A stretch of DNA of 64,000 nt from a virus: IMG/VR virus record IMGVR_UViG_3300048578_000375; one strand, written 5' to 3'. Made by a program: the position numbers and the translations under genes. This document shows, piece by piece, positions 9,447-16,538 of the stretch; within the stretch, counting starts at the first letter, position 1, and each line of letters starts with the position of its first letter. A model generated the notes under the pieces. It was not told the origin of the DNA and made no database searches. It saw nothing but the letters and a program-made list of their open reading frames with translations.

Positions 9447-9539
9447 ATGGACCGTACAGAGCGCTTCTTCATCGGAATGGCGGCGACGGGCTTCGTTTTT
9501 CTGTGCATCGGATTCGCCATGTGGATGCTTGGCGGGTGA
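9447..9539 (+). CDS. 30-aa single-TM peptide
   Basis: MDRTERFFIGMAATGFVFLCIGFAMWMLGG. Confidence 0.4.
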   Translation: MDRTERFFIGMAATGFVFLCIGFAMWMLGG

Positions 9540-9623
9540 GGCGAAATCCTATCTCAGAGGAGCGCCGAGCTACTTGATGGGCGCGATTTCCCCTGCCGTT
9601 ATGTCGATTTCGGATATTCCGTT

Positions 9624-9909
9624 CTAGCTGATGATTCGATAGGCCTTCGCGCGCTTGCGGCGAGGCGTGACGGCGGGATCATCCGGTTTGCCGGCATTGA
9701 TCGCGCGCATCATGCCGATGCGGGCGAACATGGTGGGCCCATTGTGGTCGGCGACCAGGATCAGTGCCTCAATCGCTGCCTGCCATTCGGGGCGATCGTA
9801 GACGGGCCTTGGGCAGTTTCGTGATGTAATCGCCGGCGTCACTCAGAAAGACGAGTTGCTCGCCGTTCGGAAGATTGATCGGATCCTCGAAGCGGGCCGA
9901 CCAACCCAT
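9624..9909 (-). pseudogene. Hypothetical gene with a +1 frameshift (or assembly indel)
   Basis: MGWSARFEDPI..ITKLPKA in one frame continues as VYDRPEWQAAIEALILVA in another; one extra C near 9806; length 286 = 3n+1. Confidence 0.65.
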
Positions 9910-10168
9910 CAGTCGAGCAGATCGTTGCCGGCCGGCAGCAACCGATAATATGCCTCGGATTCGTGCCGCCACAGCCAGCCCCGCTTGATCGCAAGCTCGG
10001 CGCCGGCGCCGTACTCGGGACCACTGGCGCCTAGCGACAGGAAGGCTTGGTTCAACAGCTCGGTGTGGATGCGGTCGTCCTGCAGCGGCTCGATGCCGGC
10101 GGCGAGTTCAACCAGCTTGCGGGCGCGGCTTCCGGATCGGCATAGGGGCGATCGGTGACGTACTTCAT
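9909..10168 (-). pseudogene. Hypothetical gene with a -1 frameshift (or assembly indel)
   Basis: MKYVTDRPYADPEAA then RKLVELAAGIEP in another frame; one G missing near 10123; length 260 = 3n+2; ATGA/TGATG coupling is restored on correction. Confidence 0.65.
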
Positions 10169-10606
10169 GCGCCGATGCCCTGGTGAACCGCGAGGACGTG
10201 CTTATCCATGGCGGCGATGGTGGGTTGCGCCGCAGAAGCAGACCGACCGGCCATCCTGGCGCTGGGTCGGCAACGGCAATCTGGCCTCCCACATGCGGTA
10301 CTTCCAGGCGTGCCAGTCGCGGTTCTGGCGCCATGTCTCGAGGGCGGCTTCGGTGATGGTCGGCGCGATCTCCGACCAGGCGAGTTCGAAGCCGGCGCGC
10401 GCCTCCTCGAACGTCTCGCCGGTACCAGTCTGCTGCGCGCCCGGCTCGGTGCCGGGATAGAAGCCGCAGGTCCAGCCCCATTGCGGCGCATGGGCCGGCA
10501 CGCCGGCGCGGCGCGCGATCGAGCCGATGCGGACGTCGCCGAAATAGACCGCCCAGATCTCGCGGTGGGGGTCGCGTGTGTCGCGGCGTCGGGTGAGCGT
10601 GGTCAT
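10165..10606 (-). pseudogene. Hypothetical gene (CFCG Zn-binding motif) with a +1 frameshift near the 3' end (or assembly indel)
   Basis: ...RSVCFCGAT continues as TIAAMDKHVLAVHQGIGA* in the adjacent frame; the corrected stop overlaps the next ATG. Confidence 0.6.
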
Positions 10607-10614
10607 TGGCCCTG

Positions 10615-10643
10615 ATTATAATGGCGGAACGGCCCGTGAACAA
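10615..10643 (-). promoter_or_regulatory. Promoter with an alphaproteobacterial LexA box
   Basis: Minus strand TTGTTC-N17-TATAAT; GAAC-ggcccgt-GAAC at 10627-10641 equals GTTC-N7-GTTC on the minus strand. Confidence 0.75.
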
Positions 10644-10645
10644 AT

Positions 10646-10860
10646 GGTTGCCAATCGAAATGGAAAACATAATGATTTCAGTCCCGGCAAAATCCATCAG
10701 TTGCCGAGAAAATGCTGCAAAAACAACGACTGGCCCGCGCCTGGGAGACTAGGGGTCGAAGGTTCAAATCCTTTCGCTCCGACCAAATTTCTAAGTGATT
10801 TCAATGTCTATTCATTCTTTCCGGTCATTGTCCTTCCGCCAGTTGCCACGGCAGTTGCCA
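10646..10860. promoter_or_regulatory. Candidate integrase arm-type sites flanking the att core
   Basis: GTTGCC-containing repeats: CAGTTGCCA at 10840-10848 and 10852-10860, CAGTTGCCG at 10698-10706, GGTTGCCA at 10646-10653. Confidence 0.5.
10741..10785 (+). other. attP core: 3' half of tRNA-Pro(GGG), anticodon loop to CCA
   Basis: CTGGGAG-ACTAG-GGGTC-GAAGG-TTCAAAT-CCTTT-CGCTCCG-ACCA gives anticodon loop, T-arm and acceptor 3' strand; no 5' half upstream; adjacent to the integrase 3' end. Confidence 0.9.
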
Positions 10861-10959
10861 TTTTTGTTCGCTTTTCAGCCTCTTCGGCCGTGAGCTTCTC
10901 GCGGGTTTTTTGGTCGTAAAGATGAATCCGTACTGAGCCATCTGCCAGTTTACGGCGGA

Positions 10960-12336
10960 CTATTTTGATGTTCGCCGCAGGCTCCAATCGGCCCCCCCAT
11001 TTATCATATTTTCCGAGTGAGTGACGTGGCGCAGGTTATGGCGCTGATTGTTGAGGCCGTTCCGGTCCTTATGGTCAATCTCCATTCCGTCAGGCGCTGG
11101 CATGATCACGCACTGCATGTCGACCGTCTTGCCATTGATGCGGGCGCGAGCGTACATGGTTCGCGATCTCCTGGGCTGTCTGGCGTACCAGCGAAATGCG
11201 TTGATACGCTCAAAGTCCTCCTCGTCGACCAGCGCGATAAGGCCGCCGTGCTTACGACCGACCAGAATGATTTCTCTCGGCGCTTTTCTCGTCGTCCGGT
11301 CTCTGTGCTCCTCCAATTTTGCGATGGCGTTCGCCGCCAGCACGCCGCGGCGCGCGAGATAGGTGTCGATGATGCGCTGCGCCTTGTCGACGGTCCAAGT
11401 CAGCGCCTCGGCGATCTCCGGCGCGGTGGCGCCAGCTTCCGCCAGCAAGGTCGCCGCGGTGCCGCGGTTGTCGTGGAAGTTGAGATCGCCGGCGCCGATG
11501 CGGTCGGCATCCTCGCGCCAATGTTCGTTGAAATAGCGCCTGGTGTAGGCCTTGCCGGTCGGCGTCAGCATCACCAGCGCGCCCTTCTTGCTCTCCGCAA
11601 GCTTGTCGAGATGCGCCTTGAGCTCGCGGGTGGCGGGGATCCAGACGAGCTTCTTGGTCTTGCTCGCGCGGATCTGCACCTTCTCGCCATTGTAGCGGGT
11701 CCAGGTGAACTTGCGGATGTCGCCGGCGCGCATCGCGGTGTTGCGCACCAGGATCATCGCCGTCACCATGGCCGGCCGGGCCGTCCTGATGAATTTCTGC
11801 TGCAGCTCCTCGTCCCACACCTTCTCGGTGCGATTGCTCCTGTAGAGCCGCTCAAACGACGGGACCGGGTGATGCTTGATGCGACGCTTCTCCCTGGCGA
11901 AAGACAGCACCCGGCACAGCGCCGACATCAGGTTGTCGGCCGAGCGGTGCGAGGTCTTGCCGAGCTCCTGGTGCCAGGCGAGCGCGTCGGCGGCGAACGC
12001 GTCGGCATCGTCGGCGCTGTTGAAGGTCTCTTCGGGGACGGTGCCCCATTTCTTTTCGACGCGCTTGAGCTTCCAGACGTACTCGCGGCGGGAGTCATCG
12101 CTCAGTGAGGCGAAGGTCTCGGAGCCGTCGAAAAACCGGATGAGGTCGGTCAGCGTGCGCTCGCCGGCGCGCCGCTTCTTCTTCTCGGCATCGGCATAGC
12201 TCGCCGCGAGCTGGTCGGCATCGAGCGGCAGGCCGGTGGCGCGGTGATAGAGATAGGTTCTGATGGAGCCGTCGGCGAGGACCTTCGACGTGCGCTTGAT
12301 GCCGGTGAGTTTAAGCGGCTTCCGTCTTGGACGCAT
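10960..12336 (-). CDS. int: Tyrosine integrase with a fused C-terminal HNH endonuclease domain
   Basis: Catalytic R (TAMRAGDI), H-x-x-R (FHDNRGT) and Y (IIDTYLA); the last ~105 aa read 'ALVDEEDFERI..FRWY...YARA...IDHKDRNGLNNQRHNL..VTHSEN'. Confidence 0.9.
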   Translation of the reverse strand: MRPRRKPLKLTGIKRTSKVLADGSIRTYLYHRATGLPLDADQLAASYADAEKKKRRAGERTLTDLIRFFDGSETFASLSDDSRREYVWKLKRVEKKWGTVPEETFNSADDADAFAADALAWHQELGKTSHRSADNLMSALCRVLSFAREKRRIKHHPVPSFERLYRSNRTEKVWDEELQQKFIRTARPAMVTAMILVRNTAMRAGDIRKFTWTRYNGEKVQIRASKTKKLVWIPATRELKAHLDKLAESKKGALVMLTPTGKAYTRRYFNEHWREDADRIGAGDLNFHDNRGTAATLLAEAGATAPEIAEALTWTVDKAQRIIDTYLARRGVLAANAIAKLEEHRDRTTRKAPREIILVGRKHGGLIALVDEEDFERINAFRWYARQPRRSRTMYARARINGKTVDMQCVIMPAPDGMEIDHKDRNGLNNQRHNLRHVTHSENMINGGADWSLRRTSK

Positions 12337-12559
12337 TGGCGGCCTTCCAGCGCTGATAGGGCGACAGCTCGGCCGAGTCTGTCACAATCCCGGAGGCGCG
12401 GTCCAGAGCCCGATCGAGCGCCTTGCGGTCCCAGCGGTTGGTGCCGGGGATCGGATCCGGGACGATGCCCTTGGCCCGCCAGCGGTCAAAGGCGGCGAGC
12501 GTCTTGCAGCCGCAATAGTCGGCGGCTTCCTGCTTGGTCAGGCCGCGCTTCTCGCTCAT
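12311..12559 (-). CDS. Excisionase-like HTH protein
   Basis: 'LTKQEAADYCG...FDRWRAKGIVP.PIPGT.RWDRKALDRALD'; immediately upstream of int. Confidence 0.75.
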   Translation of the reverse strand: MSEKRGLTKQEAADYCGCKTLAAFDRWRAKGIVPDPIPGTNRWDRKALDRALDRASGIVTDSAELSPYQRWKAANASKTEAA

Positions 12560-12744
12560 TCCGCGGGCTCCCAGCGCTTCAGGACAAGCCGCTCACCCGA
12601 GACTTCCGCGCGGCCGCTGGCGATCAGGCGGGAGACGACCGTCTCCCCGATCCGCCGCGTGCCGAACCACCAGCGGCCGCGCCGCTGCTCGAAGGGGCTG
12701 AATTCGAGCAGCTTGAGGAAGATCTGATCGCCCTGGATCAGCAT
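12556..12744 (-). CDS. Hypothetical protein
   Basis: Coupled ORF in the leftward early operon. Confidence 0.55.
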   Translation of the reverse strand: MLIQGDQIFLKLLEFSPFEQRRGRWWFGTRRIGETVVSRLIASGRAEVSGERLVLKRWEPAE

Positions 12745-12971
12745 CGGGCGATCTCGGAGGCCACCGCGGCCTGACGCGCGGCGAACAGCGCATCCTCGGC
12801 CAGCGCCAGCACGTCGCCGTAGCGGTAGCCGGCAACGCAGAGCGCGCGGATCGTCTCGCGCTCGTCGGTGGGCAGGCCGGCGCGGGCGAGGTCGGCCGCC
12901 ATGGCCGCGACGAGGTCCTTGGCATTGGCGGGGCCGCGCCCCGCAAAGCCCGACGGGCGAAGCGGGGTCAT
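12738..12971 (-). CDS. Hypothetical protein (paralogue of 13306-13551)
   Basis: Coupled ORF; alignable by eye with 13306-13551. Confidence 0.55.
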   Translation of the reverse strand: MTPLRPSGFAGRGPANAKDLVAAMAADLARAGLPTDERETIRALCVAGYRYGDVLALAEDALFAARQAAVASEIARC

Positions 12972-13309
12972 GCGTCGTCTCCCCATTTGGACGTGTCGTA
13001 AATGCAGCCGATGTGCAGCCAGAGCTGGTCGCCGTGGCGCGTCAGAGTGGAATAGAGAGGGGCTTGCGGATCCTGGCCATATCCCATGAGGAAATCCTTC
13101 GCGCTCTTGCGCGGCACGGCGACGGCGGTCGATTGCAAGTCGCTTCTCCCCGGCGCGGATGGATAGCCATGTGCTATCTTGAGTGAGACGTATTTTGCCC
13201 GCGGCAACAGCCGCAGGGCATCGGCAAACGTCTTGCCGCGTTCGATCGTTTCGAAGAGCCGCTCGGACGGCGTGGGGGAAGTTGCGGTTTCCGTCATGAT
13301 GATGCTCAT
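12968..13309 (-). CDS. Hypothetical protein
   Basis: ATG at 13309; ATGA-type coupling. Confidence 0.55.
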   Translation of the reverse strand: MSIIMTETATSPTPSERLFETIERGKTFADALRLLPRAKYVSLKIAHGYPSAPGRSDLQSTAVAVPRKSAKDFLMGYGQDPQAPLYSTLTRHGDQLWLHIGCIYDTSKWGDDA

Positions 13310-13551
13310 GGCTCTCTCATCTCTCTCGCCACGATCTGCTGCAGGACGGAGTGCCGGGCATCGTCGACCAGCATCATGATGTCGATCGCGTTGAAGCCCC
13401 TGGCGTGCAGGCAACGAACGGCGTCGCCGCGCTCGACATAGGCCGGCTCCTCCAGAAGGATAGTCGCCATCTCGATAATCCGCGCGGCGCGGCGCTCGGG
13501 GATGGTCATCTCCGGGCCGTCGAGCAGGTAGGTCTTGGGGGAGGCGATCAT
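13306..13551 (-). CDS. Hypothetical protein (paralogue of 12738-12971)
   Basis: ATG at 13551; coupled. Confidence 0.55.
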   Translation of the reverse strand: MIASPKTYLLDGPEMTIPERRAARIIEMATILLEEPAYVERGDAVRCLHARGFNAIDIMMLVDDARHSVLQQIVAREMREP

Positions 13552-14186
13552 GATCGCGCGGTCTCCGTCGATGCTAACGCCGCAAGTACCTTCGCCGCGC
13601 GCTCCGCCGCCGGAACGGACGCATCGAAGCTGTTGCGCCAGGCGCGGACAACTTCGCGCGCTCGGTCGTAGTCGCAATAGGTGACGCTGCGATCGTTGAC
13701 CGCGTGCTGGCGCAGCATGGCGCGGGCCTTGAAGTCGTCCAGCGTGGCCGGCGTGCCCGCAGCATCGAGGAAGGCGAAGAAGCGCGCGAGATCGCCGACC
13801 TGGCGGCCATATTCGTGGAGCGTGTCGCGGGTATGCTCCTCCAGCGAAACGTACCGGTGCGGCGTATCGAGAGCATTGGCGACGTGCCGTGCGATGTAGC
13901 CGGCGATCTGGTCGCGCGTGCCGTGCCGGCCATCCACGTTGCAAACGAGGCGATAGTCGCGGCCAAGGTCGCGCGCCTGGTTCATCAGCGCAGCCAGCCG
14001 CTCGGCGCCTTCAAATGTCGCGCATCGCGTGATATGTTCGCTGTCGAGTGAAAAGAAGCCGCCGCCTAGCGCGCCTATCTTGAGGCGCACGCTGAAGTCG
14101 CCACAGGCCACGCTGGCGAAATAGTCTCCGATCTGGGGGCGTGGGGTTTCAGTGGGCTTTGAGCGAGACCGGCGGGCGGATGGCAT
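13548..14186 (-). CDS. Hypothetical protein, first gene of the PL operon
   Basis: RBS GGGAG; 212 aa; downstream of the PL promoter. Confidence 0.6.
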   Translation of the reverse strand: MPSARRSRSKPTETPRPQIGDYFASVACGDFSVRLKIGALGGGFFSLDSEHITRCATFEGAERLAALMNQARDLGRDYRLVCNVDGRHGTRDQIAGYIARHVANALDTPHRYVSLEEHTRDTLHEYGRQVGDLARFFAFLDAAGTPATLDDFKARAMLRQHAVNDRSVTYCDYDRAREVVRAWRNSFDASVPAAERAAKVLAALASTETARS

Positions 14187-14220
14187 GGAAGGCTCCCGTG
14201 AAGTGATTCACGGGAAGCAG

Positions 14221-14272
14221 TCTAGTTCGCGATTTGCGAACAAGTCAAGAAGTTTGTTCGCGTGGTGCGAAC
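14221..14272 (-). promoter_or_regulatory. PL promoter with two 17-bp operators
   Basis: GTTCGCgatttGCGAAC (14225-14241) and GTTCGCgtggtGCGAAC (14256-14272); CTTGACTT -35 on the minus strand. Confidence 0.85.
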
Positions 14273-14279
14273 CAATGAT

Positions 14280-14678
14280 CTATCGAACCGCCGCCCGGGC
14301 CGGTCCGGGCGCGGGCTTGGTTGCGGGCAACGCCGTTGGCGCCGGAGGAGCGTCGGGACCGCATTTGATTTGGATGAAGTATTCGCGCACGGGCCGGCCG
14401 GTCGCGTAAGTGCCTTTCTCGATCACCTGTTCGCCGGCAATCCTTGCGTCGGGGCACTGCACGGCGATCGCGTGCATAACTGTGGTCTTGCGGGTCTCGG
14501 GATTATCGGGGTCGTAGCCGAAGTCGATCACGTTTTTCATCCTAACGACGTAATCGAAATCTTTGGTCTGCGCCGGCTCGATCTGGAGGGCATTGGAGTT
14601 TTCCAGTATCCGCATGTGGGTGTCCGAGCCGGCGCAGCCGCCCAGGACGCAAAACGTCGCAACAGCGATCTTGCGCAT
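14280..14678 (-). CDS. Lipoprotein downstream of the repressor (superinfection-exclusion candidate)
   Basis: Lipobox LGGC after a short signal peptide; co-oriented with cI. Confidence 0.65.
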   Translation of the reverse strand: MRKIAVATFCVLGGCAGSDTHMRILENSNALQIEPAQTKDFDYVVRMKNVIDFGYDPDNPETRKTTVMHAIAVQCPDARIAGEQVIEKGTYATGRPVREYFIQIKCGPDAPPAPTALPATKPAPGPARAAVR

Positions 14679-14704
14679 TCCAGTGCTTTCCGAGAAGCAA
14701 GATT

Positions 14705-14977
14705 TCAGGCGGCCTGGCGTCGTGCTTCGAGCTTGACTTTGACGTGGTAGGGAAGCTCGTCGTCCTCGCCCCAAAACAGCCAATCGATCGGGATTCTGAA
14801 TTTGGCCCGGATCAGGCAGGCGGTCTCGAACGTGAGTTCGCGAGTACCTTTCTCAAATGGATTATATGTGCTGCGTTCTATCCCCAGCTCGGTCGCAAAT
14901 GCGACCTGAGTGGAAAAGCCGAGCGCTTCTCTCAAGTGTTTCAAGCGCTTAGCGACAATTTTGGGATCATCAATCAT
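14705..14977 (-). CDS. CI-like XRE repressor (short, no S24 peptidase domain)
   Basis: 'RLKHLREALGFSTQVAFATELGIERSTYNPFEKG.R...IPIDWLFWG'; divergent from cro. Confidence 0.85.
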   Translation of the reverse strand: MIDDPKIVAKRLKHLREALGFSTQVAFATELGIERSTYNPFEKGTRELTFETACLIRAKFRIPIDWLFWGEDDELPYHVKVKLEARRQAA

Positions 14978-15012
14978 GGCGCTGATTGCACCACGAAGCG
15001 GTGCCGGTGTCG

Positions 15013-15060
15013 TCTCGCAGGTTGCGAACGCTTGACTTGTTCGCACAGTGCGAACTAATT
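15013..15060 (+). promoter_or_regulatory. PR promoter with two 17-bp operators
   Basis: GTTCGCacagtGCGAAC (15039-15055, perfect palindrome) and TCTCGCaggttGCGAAC (15013-15029); CTTGACTT at 15031. Confidence 0.85.
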
Positions 15061-15068
15061 CTTGGGTC

Positions 15069-15320
15069 ATGACGACTGATTCGCAGACATGGGGCTCGGT
15101 AATTGACGCCAGTGGCGGCACGACACGTGTCGCGGAGGGCCTTGGCGAATCCAGGTCGACGGTGAGCGGTTGGCGGACGCGCCCAGGCGGAATTCCGGGC
15201 AAGCACTGGTCCGAAATCGTGAAGCTCGCGGCCGTCGCGGGCAGGTCGGAAATCACCTTAGAGGTTCTCGCTGAACTCGCCGCGCGGCGGCAATCGGCAA
15301 ATGAAGAGGCCTGCGCATGA
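15069..15320 (+). CDS. Cro-like regulator
   Basis: 'VIDASGGTTRVAEGLGESRSTVSGWRTR..IP..HW'. Confidence 0.8.
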   Translation: MTTDSQTWGSVIDASGGTTRVAEGLGESRSTVSGWRTRPGGIPGKHWSEIVKLAAVAGRSEITLEVLAELAARRQSANEEACA

Positions 15321-15669
15321 CGCCGCGCAGGGAAGCGTATGACATTTCCCATGTTGATGTGCCCGCTGGTTGTTTGTTGGCGCGCTGGTCATCGCATCGA
15401 ACCACAACGGGAAATCTGTGCAACTTGAATGAATGTCGCTCCGTTGTACTACGCACTCAGGTTGTCTCGTTATCGGACACCCATCAGAACGATAGTGCTG
15501 AGCGAGGCCCGCGCGCGCAGTGCGGCATCGAGAATTCAGCGCAGGCCGAACAACCAGGTCGCGAAGGTGATGATTGCGATCGCGGCCATGCAGATGAGCA
15601 TGCGCCGGCCGGCGCGATCGATGCGGGTCATTGGTCATCAGTTTCTGTTGCGTTGCGGGGTGTTGCGTC

Positions 15670-15906
15670 ATGGCGGGCGAATCAAGCCAGCGGAAACGCC
15701 GGCGGTCAAAGCCTGTTAGGGAACAATTGTTCTCTATCTCTCTGTTCGGGCAATGCGTCGTTCTCGCCGCGCGCGGCATCAAGCCGGCGCAGTGGCTGTC
15801 GGAGCGCGCTGCCTGCACGGAGCGGCACGCCAACCTCATCATCGCCGGCGAGCGCAAGCCGAACGCACGCGCCATTCACGCGCTCAACGGCGCATTCTTC
15901 GATTGA
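15670..15906 (+). CDS. Small HTH-like protein in the cII position
   Basis: 'KPAQWLSERAACTERHANLIIAGERKP'; position only. Confidence 0.45.
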   Translation: MAGESSQRKRRRSKPVREQLFSISLFGQCVVLAARGIKPAQWLSERAACTERHANLIIAGERKPNARAIHALNGAFFD

Positions 15907-15990
15907 GCGGAGGATCTTGCGATGACGCGCCTTCCCGTCACATTTCGTTTTGACGACGTCCCGCTGGCAGCAGCGTTCGACGAGCTCGAT

Positions 15991-16224
15991 CTACGTTTTG
16001 CCGAGGCGGGAGAGCTTGGCCGTGAAGTTGGCGTGGCTCTTCTTCGCGCGATCGAGGCCGGCGAGCAGCTTGTCGCGTTCCAGAATGATCTCCCTCCCGC
16101 AACCGAAGCCGCCGCAGATGAAACGATCGTGCGCGCGTATCCAAGCGATGGTCTTGCGCGTCTTGTATCTGCACTCAGGGCAGGAAATTTCGATGCTCTG
16201 ATCGTCGAACAGGCTTTTGGACAT
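15991..16224 (-). CDS. Small Zn-ribbon protein, antisense to the early operon
   Basis: CPEC...C-x4-C; 'LFDDQSIEISCPEC.YKTRKTIAWIR'. Confidence 0.55.
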   Translation of the reverse strand: MSKSLFDDQSIEISCPECRYKTRKTIAWIRAHDRFICGGFGCGREIILERDKLLAGLDRAKKSHANFTAKLSRLGKT

Positions 16225-16538
16225 GATTCTGGCTCCGATGGTGGTTTGGACCCTGCCATCGAAGACGCCGCGCCGGACGAGTCGCAAGGCTCGTCCGGCG
16301 CGAACGATCCATCATCCACAACCCTTATGAGACCGCCTCCGTCTGCTGGCGTTGGTTGAACTTCGCGAGGCCTGACCGTCTCGCATCTGCGTTCCCCGCG
16401 TACCGCGTTGAGTAGCCCACTCACGTTCTGGCCTGTCCGCCGTCGGAAGCATTTCCGACGCGCGAGACCTGCTGTCTCGTTTTTCGAAGTCCGGCCAAGG
16501 GAAATCCCGAACCGCCGGCAACCATGGGAGCATGATAC

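Noticed and set aside
10700-10785. Complete phage tRNA gene
   Set aside because: No acceptor 5' strand or D-arm upstream of 10741; only the 3' half is present, so it is an att core.
14238-14252. LexA box at PL (GAAC-N7-GAAG)
   Set aside because: It has a mismatch and is explained by overlap of the operator half-site with the -35 element.
14870-14886. GGTCGCAAATGCGACC palindrome inside cI as a fifth operator
   Set aside because: Spacing (16 bp) and outer bases differ from the 17-bp consensus, and it lies in coding sequence.
15317-15669. Protein-coding genes between cro and 15670
   Set aside because: Several overlapping frames, none with convincing composition or RBS; left unannotated.
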